The position numbers and the translations under genes are program-made. Under the pieces are notes generated by a model that searched no databases, was not told the origin of the DNA, and was given only the letters and a program-made list of their open reading frames with translations. A stretch of DNA of 63,270 nucleotides, counting the filler, from Octopus bimaculoides (Eukaryota): NCBI RefSeq assembly GCF_001194135.2. It is 6 parts of 5 records of this genome, joined end to end, with 100 filler letters (N's around TTAATTAATTAA, not from the genome) between each part and the next. Parts side by side here need not be neighbours in the genome. Positions count along the whole stretch, not along the records: positions 30,514 to 52,725 come from NC_068983.1; 5 more parts are not named here. The stretch is one strand, 5' to 3'. Within the stretch, counting starts at the first letter, position 1, and the number at the start of each line of letters is the position of its first letter. Positions 39,590-52,365 of this stretch are shown piece after piece.

Positions 39590-39940
39590 GGTAAAGAGGT
39601 AAAAGACTCCCCTTGGTCATGAAAGACCATGGGATTGCACCTAGAAAGTTACCCTCCGAGGCACAAGTCAGGGTAAGGTTGCTTATGGAAGACCAGCAGT
39701 CACCCAAGCATACCAGTTTCACCTCTCCACGCCACTGATGTTCTCCGAGAGAAAGACAAAGGCTGATACAGATTAGCGCCAGTGACGTCACAACTCATTT
39801 CTGCAGTTGAGTGAATTGGAGCAACGTGAAATAAAGTGTCTTGCTCAAGAACACAACACACAGCTCTGTTCGGGAATCGAACTCACTATCTCATGATTGT
39901 GAGCACTACGCTCTAACCACTGAGCTACACGCCTTCACAA
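39590..39940 (-). mobile_element. tRNA-derived SINE family C
   Basis: Head GTGAAGGCGTGTAGCTCAGTGGTTAGAGCG..GAGTTCGATTCC, core GCAAGACACTTTATTTCACGTTGCTCCA; related copies at about 7390-7715 (-) and 40905-40960 (+). Confidence 0.75.
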
Positions 39941-40129
39941 AGGCAAAGTCGACCTAGGTGACATTTGAACTCAGGACATAAAGACGGACGAAACGCCGCT
40001 AAGCATTTTGCCTGACCCGCTAACGATTCTGTGAACTCGCCGCTTGTTGTCACTAGTGAGACGCTAATATCTGAATCTTTCTTCACACTGTTCTGTCAAC
40101 TTTTATCAGCTGCAACCACTCTGCCATTC

Positions 40130-40352
40130 TTCATTGATAATAAATTCAGGAGAGATTTGTTTGACCGTTGACTGAACACTATTCAATTTTTTTTCTCCGT
40201 GTTTTTCTCCTTGTCTCCGTATTCTTTCTGTTGAAGAGCGTAGCTCGAAACGTCAAAGACTTTCCGTATTCCCGAGCGTCATACTAATATATACTTTTGT
40301 TATTTACACCACCTGTCCTCGTCTGTTGTTATTATTTGTATATTCTCCCATA
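40130..40352 (+). mobile_element. Short non-autonomous hammerhead-bearing repeat (PLE terminal-repeat or retrozyme-like), copy 1
   Basis: About 150 bp shared with 58270-58432 (TGTTTTTCTCCTTGT...HHR...CCCGAGC..ATACTAATA...TTTACACCACCTGTC.TCGTCTGTTGTT...ATTCTCC) ending in (TA)n. Outer boundary approximate. Confidence 0.7.
40223..40259 (+). ncRNA. Minimal type-I hammerhead ribozyme with variant core CUGUUGA
   Basis: TCTTT-CTGTTGA-A-GAGC(GTA)GCTC-GAA-ACGT-C-AAAGA: stem I TCTTT/AAAGA, stem II GAGC/GCTC, palindromic ACGT stem III, GUC cleavage triplet. Confidence 0.7.
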
Positions 40353-41319
40353 TATATATATATATACATATACATGTACATATACATATACATATGATGC
40401 TCAGTATAGAAAATACGTAGTAGTATTCAAATGATATGAACTCACACTCCGAAGTCTTTACTGAGAGCTAAGTCCGCAGAGTGGCTATAAGAAGAATCCA
40501 GATGAACTGATATGGAGATAGTGATACAAATAAACACCTTTGGGCTTGATATATAAAATACACACACACACACACACACACACGCTTGTATGTACATACA
40601 TACATACATACATACATACTGGGAGAGAGAGGGAAAGAGAGAAACAAAAACTGAAGCAGAGAGTTATTATTTTGGGTTTCCCTCATACCTAGTTTGTTAT
40701 TAGAAAGATCGCAAAACATTACGGCAAAATACACTGATCCATTGACATAAGAGGGAAACCGCTGCACCGGAATGCTAAGGGACATAACTTTTCTCCCCAT
40801 GTATTAGAGTTATTTCCCTTGACACTTTTTTTATCGTCAGCAGAAGTAAAAATTCCGAGTGTAGATGACATATAAATTCTTTTAGCTATGTATGTTGCTG
40901 TGTGTTGTGTTCTTGAGCAACACACTTTATTTCACGTCGCTCCAATTCACTCAACTGCAGAAATACCATCTCGGACCTCATACCCTTGACCTCGCGGAAC
41001 ATTGAGAATGTGACGGCTGGAAATAAAGACGGGTAGAGTAACACTCGGCTAGTACTTATTTCAGTTGAGTAGACTAGAATAACGTGAAATGAAGGTCATT
41101 AATCAACGATACAATGGCTTAATCGGTTCAGAAATCGAACCTACGTATTTATTACCGTGAGTCCAACAGCCTAACCGCTAGGTCACTTGAAATATCTCAC
41201 AGCTCGAGTAGTTCTTCATGAAAAAGTCGGGTTGTGACCAAACAGAAAAATGGTTTTGTATATTATATTTATTCACTGATTCTCTAGTCTCGCCTATCCT
41301 CTTTGACAGTGAATAATAA

Positions 41320-41610
41320 AGGTGAAAGCGTGTGGCTACGTGGTTAGGGCATTCAGCTCAAGAACGCAAGGTCATGAGTTTGATTCCTCGCGGCGCGTTT
41401 TGTCTTGGAACAAGACTCTTTATTTCACATTGCTCCAGCCTAATCAGCTGGTCAAAATAAGTAGGACCTGTATTTCAAAGGGCCAGCCTTCTCACATTCT
41501 GTGTCACGCTGAATTACCCTGAGAAGCACGTTAAGGGTACGCGTGTCTGTGGAATTTTCAGCCATTTGCACATTAATTTCACAAGCAGGCTGTTCGAGTG
41601 ATCCACCCGT
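41320..41610 (+). mobile_element. SINE family C variant
   Basis: Same head and core with tail TCAAAGGGCCAGCCTT.TCACATT.TGTGTCA.GC.GAAT; an inverted homolog lies at about 56165-56420. Confidence 0.7.
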
Positions 41611-42414
41611 CGATAAACTGGCACATCCGCAAGTTTAATAAGAGAAGGACTGATTTTTTTACTAGATAAATCATTTTGAGAAAATATTTTTAAAACTACA
41701 ATAAAAGATGTATATGAAAGTGATAGGACAGTTGGATTAAACGACTAATATTCTAAAATGAATTCAGTTTATGATTGACACGTCACAACTTGTCAAATCT
41801 TGTGACGCAAATTTGCTTGTAATTTACCCTAAAGATGTCATCATTGTCATCAGTGCTTATCAAATAACATTACCGTTGACATGATAGCTATTATTTCATT
41901 ACCAGAGTAAGTAAGCTAAGTACTGGGAAATATATATAAATAAAGAAGAAAGTAATTGCAACAAAGATGGTATATAAATCAAGCTGACGTGACAAGGTAT
42001 CTAATGAACGATTAAGCTTATCAAGAAAAGGTGTTGACATTTGTGTTTAGTGTCTATAATAACAGCAAAACTTCAGCACAAAAGATTAGGTGACAAATAA
42101 AATAAGCATTCGCAGAAAAACAGACCTTGACATTAAACACCTCCCATACATAAATAAGTGTCAGCATATTCAAATCGTGGAAGAGAAGAAAGCTAACGTG
42201 GAATAAAAGATGAAACGGGGAACAAATATTAATGGACAGCTAATATTTTTTTTTTTTTTTTTAGTATAAATAGGAGATAACTCCAGACGTGTTTTAGGAT
42301 CTAGCTTCCTCAGCAGAGTATGAATGTTCTGTGGTCATACAATATACCACATTCAAGCTTTTAGAAGATTATTTTGACCGCAGTATTTATTTAATTAAAA
42401 CTCATCCGTTGAAT

Positions 42415-42447
<33 letters not shown>

Positions 42448-43168
42448 NNNNNNNNNNNNNNNNNNNNNNNNNNNNNNNNNNNNNNNNNNNNNNNNNNNNN
42501 NNNNNNNNNNNNNNNNNNNNNNNNNNNNNNNNNNNNNNNNNNNNNNNNNNNNNNNNNNNNNNNNNNNNNNNNNNNNNNNNNNNNNNNNNNNNNNNNNNNN
42601 NNNNNNNNNNNNNNNNNNNNNNNNNNNNNNNNNNNNNNNNNNNNNNNNNNNNNNNNNNNNNNNNNNNNNNNNNNNNNNNNNNNNNNNNNNNNNNNNNNNN
42701 NNNNNNNNNNNNNNNNNNNNNNNNNNNNNNNNNNNNNNNNNNNNNNNNNNNNNNNNNNNNNNNNNNNNNNNNNNNNNNNNNNNNNNNNNNNNNNNNNNNN
42801 NNNNNNNNNNNNNNNNNNNNNNNNNNNNNNNNNNNNNNNNNNNNNNNNNNNNNNNNNNNNNNNNNNNNNNNNNNNNNNNNNNNNNNNNNNNNNNNNNNNN
42901 NNNNNNNNNNNNNNNNNNNNNNNNNNNNNNNNNNNNNNNNNNNNNNNNNNNNNNNNNNNNNNNNNNNNNNNNNNNNNNNNNNNNNNNNNNNNNNNNNNNN
43001 NNNNNNNNNNNNNNNNNNNNNNNNNNNNNNNNNNNNNNNNNNNNNNNNNNNNNNNNNNNNNNNNNNNNNNNNNNNNNNNNNNNNNNNNNNNNNNNNNNNN
43101 NNNNNNNNNNNNNNNNNNNNNNNNNNNNNNNNNNNNNNNNNNNNNNNNNNNNNNNNNNNNNNNNNNNN

Positions 43169-43196
<28 letters not shown>

Positions 43197-43201
<5 letters not shown>

Positions 43202-44459
43202 GGAAGTAAATTGACACCTTTAATTTTCAAAATCTTTTATTTGATACGCAAAGCGAACAATTGAAATATAATCGATAGGTAGGACTACATACTTTAGTAT
43301 TTAGTTGACATTCCCTTTGCAGTTTTTAATTCAGAAACTTCTTTTGGCATTGAACTGGTGAGCTTTGTGATTGTCTCTTGTAGAATTTCTGCCCACTTAT
43401 CAAGTAACAATCGAAGCAGTTCATCTTTAGATTGAGGTTTCTGTCGGGTTTTTGTATAGCTCTATCTAGTATGCTCCAAATATTTTCAATTGGGTTCATG
43501 TCAGGAGATTAGCTCAGCCAAGGAAGCTTTTTGATTCTATTTTCAGTCAGCCATTGTTGATTCATTTTCTCTGTGTGGCATGGAGCCCCATCTTCCATTA
43601 AAAAAAAAAACTAATTTTTCGTTGTTCTCCTATGAATACATCGAAGTAGTCCTTGCTTAAGTATTTCGATGTATTCTTCAGAGCTTATGGTTCCAACACA
43701 TTCTATCAGCTCAGAATGACCATTGCTGGTGACAGCGCCCCATACCATTACAGAGATACCACCATGTTTCACAGTTGGTTGGAGTCGTTTCAAATCAAAT
43801 TCTTCATTGGGGAACCTCTAGACCCAAACACATCCACTGTCTGAAAATAATGCAAATCTGGATTCATCTGAGAAAACCACTCTATCCCAAAATGAACTGG
43901 ATTTTTCTGACATCTCCATAGCCCATTTCTTTCTTTTCATGATATTAATTAGTTGAAGGAAAGGTTTTCTTCTAGCTGCTCGTCCATAATACCCAAGCAT
44001 AGGCAGATATGTAACACACGTTCTTGGACTAACTTCTAGCTGTTTTGCATTGTCAGAAGCCTTCGAATGGGGGTTTGTTTTCTACAATTCTCTTCAAACA
44101 GCGAAGCTTCCTTTCCGTGGGCCCAGATCGGCCGGGATGAGAACCTGTTGATTCTTTTCCTTGTCTTTTGAATTGCACTATAATTCTATTAACAGTAGTA
44201 AGAGGAATTTGAAGATTTTCGGCAATTTTTCGCTGGCTAAGACCAGCCTCAGATTGCCCAACAATAAGACCTCTTTGAAAATCTGAGAGTTCTACTGATT
44301 TTTTTGTGCGTGGCATGGTTACACTTCGCAAATGTTTAATATAATGGCACCTGGAATGAAAAAGAATAATTACATTGCAAATTCTACACCGCTGGAAACA
44401 TATTAAGATGCTTAGATCAGAAATTTTGAAAATCAAAGGTGTCTATTTACTTCCTGCAT
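43197..44459 (-). mobile_element. Full-length inactive Tc1-family DNA transposon
   Basis: 37-bp inverted repeats at 43197-43233 and 44423-44459 (ATGCAGGAAGTAAAT(T/A)GACACCTTT(A/G)ATTTTCAAAAT, 2 mismatches). Transposase relic from ATG 44316 to TAA 43294: HTH ([12 protein letters not shown]...SQRKIA), VVFSDESRF, TVKHGG..VMVWG, EDGAPCH, SPDMNPIENIW, with frameshifts and stops. Confidence 0.92.
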
Positions 44460-45048
44460 GTCTGTGTATATACGCACATACTTGAATGTAGGCGTCTCTC
44501 TGTGGTTTTACCGATCGGTGCGGAGGTATGGGCGCAACAAATCTAAACAGGATTGAAAATTGGTCATGTAACAGCCCAAATTGGTGATGTAACAGCCCCT
44601 TCTCAGACTATACCCACTCCAGACAACCAGATCAGAATATACCGCTGTTCAGACTACACCCCATGCTTGTGGACAAATAGCACAGATGTACCTCGCTTAT
44701 AAAAGTTACCTCAGAGCATGTATAAATTTTGATATCACTCGATGAAGAATTAAAAGTTACATGTAAATTTCGATTTAAACATAGAATTATCAAATGCAAA
44801 ATATATTATCGTGCGTTCCAACAACCATGCTCACACACACAGAAGACGTCTCAACGAACAAGAGCTAATGATGTATATATACCACCTTGAATAAATGTTG
44901 TTTGTGTTGATAGTCTGGAGTTCAGCGTTCCGTTAATTTCTTAATTTTATATAGGAAAGTCAGGTATACATCTAATGATGTATAACCCACTTTCCTATAG
45001 GTGTATATTCTGGGCTGGCTGTCTGGATCGGGTATAGTCTGGTATAGA

Positions 45049-45371
45049 CCTTCCTCGTTTGCTTGCTGGGCCCTTCTCTTCTCTGGTCTGTCTGTTGACC
45101 GTATTTATAATAAACGTGGCAGCTAGAAGGACAGACATACTGCAGCAAAGTTTGTACCTAAATAGGTCAGCTCCTGTCCATTTGAACTTCGCCTGACATG
45201 GCTGAGGTCGTAGGTCAAAGGGAGATGATCAATCACTTTTTGACAGGAAAAAGAAAACCTGTTTTCGCGCCTGTTGATCGTGGGGTTTGGACGACCGAGA
45301 ATTCTTATATTCGGTTTCGAATCTAGGCTTGGAGAAGGAAGTGTTAATTTTTACACATACAACGAAATGGC

Positions 45372-45429
<58 letters not shown>

Positions 45430-46117
45430 GAAGTATACGAATTGTGTGCGTGTAAGAAAGCTTCCAATAATGTGTAGTGGTTATATGCGTATCATGGTAA
45501 ACAGATGCAAAAGGAATGTATATGCCTTTGAAGTAAACAAAGGAGTGAATCGATTCATAGTTTAAATAATTTATTCACTGGACTTAATTTGTGGTTGGTA
45601 CACATAATTCTTCACTACATGCAAAATGTTGACAACTGCTACGAGTTGCTAGAAATAGAAACAGGGTACATCTGTGGAAATGATATGTCAGAAATGAATA
45701 TGTTTGTGTGTGCGTGAGTGTACGTAGTTCATCTGAGACAGTAGTCTACCGCGGAACTTCGAACATTGCCCTGGTCTCTGCGGTCGCCAAAACCTGTTGT
45801 GTTGTATACCTTCCTCGTTTGCCTGCTTGGCCCTTCTCCTTCGTCTGTCTGTTGACCACCGTATTTATAATAACCGTGGTAGCTAGAAGGACAGACATAC
45901 TGCAGCAGAGTTTGTACCTAAATAGGTCAGCTCTTGTCCATTTGAACCTCGCCTGACATGGCTGAGGTCGTAGGTCAAAGGGAGATGATCAATCACTTTT
46001 TGACAAGACAAAGAAAACCTGTTTTCGCGCCTGTTGATCGTGGTGGTTTGGACGACCGAGAATTCTTATATTCCGTTTCGAATCTAGGCTTGGAGAAGGA
46101 AGTGTTAATTTTTTACA
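45049..46117 (+). repeat. Two highly similar direct copies of a 307-309 bp unit (45049-45355 and 45809-46117)
   Basis: Colinear from CCTTCCTCGTTTG to GTGTTAATTTTTACA; both contain ATGGCTGAGGTCGTAGGTCAAAGGGAG. Confidence 0.9.
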
Positions 46118-47340
46118 AATGTACAAATGTATGTTTTACATAAATGTAAAGACAAATATCATAAGCCAATATTCTTTCGTTAATAAACATAACAATTTGT
46201 TCCTTGATGGTAAATCAGGCATAACTACAGATTCCTGCCCCAGCCCCGAATTTGGATGATCATAACTTTCAGAAAAATGGATATTTTTTAATGAAATTTT
46301 CTACGAATATGTGTTATATCATGTAGATTCCGAATATACAAAACTTTTTGGGGAAAGAGTTTTAGGAGGGTCTGGAGTAGGGAATTTGGAAAATTCACCG
46401 GCGTCCACTTCAATTCGTCTTAACTTTCAAGAAAATAGATATTTTTTAATGAAATTTTCTACAAATATACCTCGGACTATGTAGATTTCGGAACATAGGA
46501 ATTTTGAGGAAAACAATAGGGGGTTACTTTTGAGGACCGTTCCCCACTCGGAGGTGTTTCGGAACAAGTCGTCCATATTTGTTTCATTTTTTCCGTTTTC
46601 TGCGTTTGTGCATCCGTAGATTTCTAGTACTCTCACACATACAGACACACACACTCATCTATATGTAATTTTAAAAGTTCAAATGGGGAATTATTCTATT
46701 CAATGTCTTTCTGTTAGAAACGTTTAGACCTTTAAATAGTATCTTTAGCATAATGAGTTTTCTGATGACAGCGTCATTGCTTGCTGCTTCAAAAAAGCTA
46801 GCGGCGGACTCAGGCTCTATGGGTGTTGATTCTTCGAACAGAGTGGTGACATTTAGTAGAGATGACCCGGAAATTGTTCCTCTTCGACTACTATCGCAAA
46901 CAGCAGTAGCTTTCTTCAAGCGAACACACGTCATTGATTGGTTGAAATTACCCAAATACGACAACTTTAACACGAAATAACTTCTAAAATAGGAAATTTT
47001 GTCAAAAACGTTCAGCGTAAACCGTATTCTACGTGAGAAATTCTACCAGTATTCGAAGTTTCAAACTGTTTAGCTAAAAAAATATTAATTACAAAATCTG
47101 TAATCGAGATGGAATAGATCCGGATTAGGTTCTGGAGTGCTAAATCAACAAGTTGTTATTTTTAAATCCCTGAGCAAATATTTTAGTATAGGTTGACAAA
47201 AGAGGATTAGTTCGAAGCGATAAGGAGAGAAACACTGAAATAAATCGGAAATAAAATGCCGAAGTGATTATTTGTCCTTTCACAAAGAGACGAAGCCGAG
47301 CTTGATGTTCAACTGCGGAAAACTATTTAGAAATAAAATT

Positions 47341-47739
47341 TGTAGCGTGACACAAGAAGCCAGCGCCATTCTGTGCGAGATCTCACCGGCAGCCATTACC
47401 ATATCCGAGACAAGAGCGAGATCTCGCCTACAACTATGTTGCCATGTGCGAGATTCTCGTGGGCAACATCTATTTAAGGAGGCGTGTTAAGGAAATTTTC
47501 TCTCTTCACTTTCTCGCTTACGCTGAGAAACACTGCAAACTGGCAGCTCACAGTGGGTTCTTATCCTGCTCTAACTTTATCCGTTATCTCCAGAGGTAAT
47601 GTACCTCACGTGAGCGGAACAATAACGGACCATGCGCTGCCATACAGATGGTCACTGGGAGTGAGAACTAAAATAAACAACTATTGAATTGCATCCGCTT
47701 GTAAGCTTCTTCTTTCCATTTCCAGATCCTCAGACTACA
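47341..47739 (+). mobile_element. Solo LTR-like unit, 399 bp
   Basis: Begins TGTAG and ends CTACA (5-bp inverted ends), has TATTTAA and AATAAA in order, GC-richer than flanks; no clean TSD. Confidence 0.55.
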
Positions 47740-48024
47740 GAAATAATTGTAATGGGAGAAGGTGATACTCCACAGGTATCATGAACCTTCTAGTCCCATT
47801 ATAAATTAATTATAATCTAATACACTACCACACGCTGATTCAAAACAATACCCACGCACGCGCACAAATCCATGCGCACGCGCATATATATGAAGTAGAA
47901 GCAGCTCAAGGTATATAAACAAAATCGAACACACATACATAGGGTATGTGTGTTGTTAATTCGTGGGTCGATTGCGGTTTTTAGGCGTATGAGAATATAT
48001 TCTCTATGCGCTTGGTGTAAAAAA

Positions 48025-48469
48025 ACACTTGAAAGTAAGTTACAGTCAAGCGAGACAACTCACATCAGGTCCTTTCTCGGAGCGACAGACATTGATGCTT
48101 CGTAATTGTTTTGACTTATCAATGTCGCATACCGAGCAAGACCTGCTGCAAGCCATATCGCCGACTATGACTATTTGCCAACCCACGAACTAACAACACA
48201 CAAACCTTGTATATGTGTATTCGGTTTTGCTTGGATACCTCAAGTTGCTTCTTATTCATACTTGAATTTTTTCCGTGGCATGAAACGTTGGGACATGCCA
48301 CCAAATGGTGTCTTAACTATGTAGAATATAGTCATAGTCGACTTGCAGTGTGCCTTGTTCGGTATGCGACATTGATAAGTCAAAATAATGTCGAAACATC
48401 GGTGTCTGCCGCTCAGAGAAAGGACCTGATATGAGTTGTCTCAATTAACTATGACTTACTTTCAGGTGT
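48025..48469. repeat. Long imperfect palindrome (arms about 150 and 142 bp, loop about 153 bp)
   Basis: 48025-48174 is the reverse complement of 48328-48469 with scattered mismatches and one small indel. Confidence 0.9.
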
Positions 48470-49140
48470 CGTCCAGAGTGGATGTCCCCACCCGGTCGCT
48501 CCAAGCTATGCTTTAGGTTGTACTCCAGTTAGTCGAATGGTCTTCTTTTAAATGCGGTCTAAACTCTTTGTGTACGCAACAACGACATCGCGCCAGACAT
48601 GAGAACATTATTCTAATGTGGGTCTTAATTGCGCTATCTGGAGAATGAATATAGAATGCTCCTATTCAAAATCTAGGTATTGGCATCAGACGAGTAAACA
48701 AAAGATGCAAGTATGAAAGTACTGGATAGTCCCCGTCCTGCATGGTCTTTCATACTGCAGTGATAAGACTACTTTGATGTCTGATGGATAATGATCAGTA
48801 TGCATTTTGTAAAGCCAGTTGTTACCTATGATGTAGACTGTTAATGGCTAGTTTTTGTAGAACCTTTAACTCCATTAACTACAACGAAATTGATACCTTT
48901 ATGTGCTAATAGAATAAATATACTGAGAATACAATATGAAACATTTATCAAGCTTGATAGTTGCAATTTCTTATGCTTCACACATTTGCCTGGTTGACAA
49001 TAACTCTTTTTTGTTCAGATCCAACTTGTTTACATAGTACTCCAAATGTTCTTTATAGCCAACTTGAAATTCCTTGAGAACTATTCAAAGATTGATGGTC
49101 TCCGTGTTCTTGATAACTCTGTTTATTGGTTCAAATGACT
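48470..49140 (-). mobile_element. Decayed CR1/L2-like LINE fragment (post-RT region)
   Basis: IAQLRPTLE*CSHVW...LDRI*KKTIRL matches the KAQVRP.LEYCSH.W...LDRIQ..A.R motif. Upstream extent approximate. Confidence 0.6.
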
Positions 49141-49810
49141 CAAATGTTATCTACCTTGGCTTTTATCTGATAGAGCAGTCATGGCAAACTGGAACCTGCA
49201 GGACTCTCTGGCTAGCACACCATGAGAAACTACCTTGAATTTTTTTTTAGTCGTGCATGATGTTGAGCCATGTCTCATGCAACCTGCTTCTCGAAAAAGG
49301 TTGCCCGTGCCTGTGATAGAGTTTTTGTTTAAAGCTGGTTGCTCTAAAGTCACATTCATCTGATGTGCCTATCAGTCTAAAGAGAACTAAACTAATCATT
49401 TCCAGTCGACAAGAAATTACATATTGGTTAAAGAATTATTATTTATCTATATGCTCTATATATATATATGTTTTTGTTTTTTTACAGCAGATCAAGTTTA
49501 AAAACATGACACATAAACAACTGACTAGAGTAGCAGGAGATCAGTGGACTAAATTATTTATAGTATTTAGATTTGTGGATTTAGGTTCTGAATTTAAATC
49601 CTGCTGCGATCGATTATTGCTTTAACACGCCCCAGTTCAATAAAATATGTATCTGTAAACATATTGGAGTTGATTCATTATGCCACTCCCTTTAAAACAT
49701 TGACTTTCAAGGGAATCGAACTTCAACCGCAAGAAATTCAGTTAAATATCACGGGTAAGCCACCACAGGATCATGTGATTAATCTGTAAATCAACCAATC
49801 AGCGTGCAGC

Positions 49811-50211
49811 TGTGGCGTGATACGGTTGCTCGAATAATGTAAAATTCGCCCTCTTTTCCCACTATAAAAATGACTAGGCGCCTAACTCAATCAGTCGGCC
49901 TCGGCAGACCACTGAGGCCAGACGGCCTCGATCATTCGTGCAGACCACTTTAAGCACTTGCGATAGGTAGACCACTAAGACCAAACCATCTCGAGTAAAA
50001 AGCAACTTCGGACACTCACGCATGATGTACCCCAGCTAACCTTCTACAAGACACAGTGCACTTCTCTCCTACCAGACAGTAGTTATATCATCAGCATCTT
50101 TCTTTTGTAAACAACCAACGCAATAAATCATGTCCAGCAATTTAAATATGTTAAAAGTTTAAAGTTCGCGAGTTTGCTTCATTTATTATTCATACAGCTT
50201 GCAAGACCACA
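49811..50211 (+). mobile_element. Solo LTR-like unit, 401 bp
   Basis: Begins TGTGG and ends CCACA; TATAAAA at about 49863 and AATAAA at about 50122; start TGTGGCGTGATA resembles TGTAGCGTGACA of 47341; no clean TSD. Confidence 0.55.
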
Positions 50212-51405
50212 CGACAATGGCATCAATACAGCATACACCAACAAGCAACCACCTTGACATTAGTGACTATCCTCCCTCATGCCAACGTTGTCTCTAAAGA
50301 AAATTAATTAGGATTTCCACATTCTATGACAAACACCCTTCATTTTATTCCTTACTTAGATTAATGTTACTATACCACCATTCCATCTCTCCATCGTATT
50401 TAATCATTAAAATTCAGCTGGTTATATATTATCATCTGATGAACTATCAAAATGCTTTCTAAGTGTCTCTGTGTGAATTAAAATCCAAAATGGAAATTAT
50501 TTCTTTCGATTACCCCTGTGAAACTTCGGAAAAAGAAAATAAAGCCGAATTTTATGACGTCAGGTTAAAGTTATAGCCTGTCTCATGATCGTTCTTTTTG
50601 AAACTACGTAATGACTGTGGTTTTCGTGGATTATTTGAAGTTGTATGTCCATATAGACCACCTAACCACATATCCTTTTTAGTCAACCTAGCACTCACCC
50701 CTACCCTTATCGCGTCAGAAAGGTGACAACAAGCCAAGGGTCAATGTTACTGTCAATATTCCCTGACCACGATCCATATGTTGTGGTACGAACTTGAGAG
50801 TAGGTGTATGGCGCGTCAACCCAGTCAATCACCTCGCTCTCGCTCTTGAAAATCAGGCAGACATTTCTGCCCACATCGACGTAGTTTACATTGACCTGCC
50901 CTGGTCGATGGAAATCGTATTTTTTCACACATCTTCATATGTTCTTTTGAGGACACTTGAAAATCCCTTTTTCTCGTTTGCGAAACAGAAATAAGTTACT
51001 TTCCTCCTTTCTTTCGCTCTTGGTTAAAAATCTCAGGTAAGGAAGCATTTGTTTTGGCAACGTATTTGTGCCATGCTGTACTTTTCCTCCGCTTGTTGAT
51101 TACAGTGTATAAACGTGGAAAGCCATTCATGTCTGAGGAACCCTGACAAAGGACTCCTTATCAAGCATTGAAGCTTTTGAACTTTCCTAATCAAATGGGT
51201 TTCCCCTCAGCAGGAAAGTTCATTAACTTTCTGTAGCCATAATGTAATTCCCAAACAGAATTAAGGTGACGCTATGTGTTAAATAGTTAGCTCTTCGAAT
51301 TACAGGCACAGTCCATCTGATGAGCTTCGATACACTTTCCGTTTCTATCAGGAAAATTTGATCAATTTGTGGCTTCTGGATAAGGCATTGTACTAAGATT
51401 CCACG

Positions 51406-51680
51406 CAATGGGATCGAACTCAGAAACTCACGGTTGCTAAACGAATTTCTCAACAATTCTTCCATACCTGTGCGCCATATTTATGTTATATCTATCTATG
51501 CTATGTACGCGCGCGCACACACACACACACACAAACATACACACAATGGGATCGAACTCAGAACCTCACGGTTGCTAAGCGAATTTCTCAACCATTCTTC
51601 CATACCTGTGCGCCATATTTGCGTAATATCTATCTATGCTATATACGCATGCGCACGCACACACACACACAAGCACACCC
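51406..51680. repeat. 138-bp tandem duplication of a SINE head plus (CA)n flank
   Basis: CAATGGGATCGAACTCAGAA at 51406 and 51544, colinear through GCACACAC. Confidence 0.9.
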
Positions 51681-52365
51681 GCACATGTGCTAAGTTATCT
51701 ATGTATATGCATCATGTAAACTTACATTTTGAATCCTCATTGAAATGAACGCTAATTCACTATTCTAAAAAGTTGTAAAATAAACAATGTTTGCATTCTG
51801 AAGTTTAAAGATGTTAGTAATAATTTTTCAACCACCAAATTTAAATCTGGCTTTCGCTTTCATATGACTCACTTCAATTTATTTTTAATAGCTATCAGTT
51901 CTATATGTTGCATATTACTGTTGATGTAGATCGGTCGTCTGTTTATGTTTAAAGTAACAGGATTTGAACCAGACTCAACAAAAACAGCTTTCCACCACCT
52001 GAGATCTCGTTACAAAATCTAACATAGAAATAGTCGGCTTTCTCGTTTACCTCAACATCCTGCTCACTTTAAATTTTAAACTGTTCCAGCTGCAGTTATA
52101 TTATTTACAGGAGGAGACCTACATATACACTGCATGGCGCATACATGCGTTATGTCGTGCAATCTTCATCAGCTTAAAATTAACTGTCTTGAAGTAAAAT
52201 TACCTCGTTTGTTCGGTACCAAAGTTCGTGAATGATAAATTCATATCGCAATGCAGGGTGATTTGGCGTTTCTTTGGAAATCACAGCTTTAAATGTTTCG
52301 GATTACCAAAACTAGAAAATAGGTACTAGATCTTCTGATAAATTTACATCCTAACTAAATTATCT

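Noticed and set aside
44571-46117. Short spaced direct repeats as a CRISPR-like array
   Set aside because: Eukaryotic context, only two or three units, no constant repeat-spacer period and no cas genes.
48365-48405. TTGATAA...GTC-GAAA-CATCGGT read as a U3-A8 variant hammerhead
   Set aside because: Stem II and stem I do not pair in that register, and the other palindrome arm does not keep GAAA.
51315-51340. CTGATGAGCTTCGATAC hammerhead-like string
   Set aside because: GAAA is GATA, and no stem I or III pairing was found.
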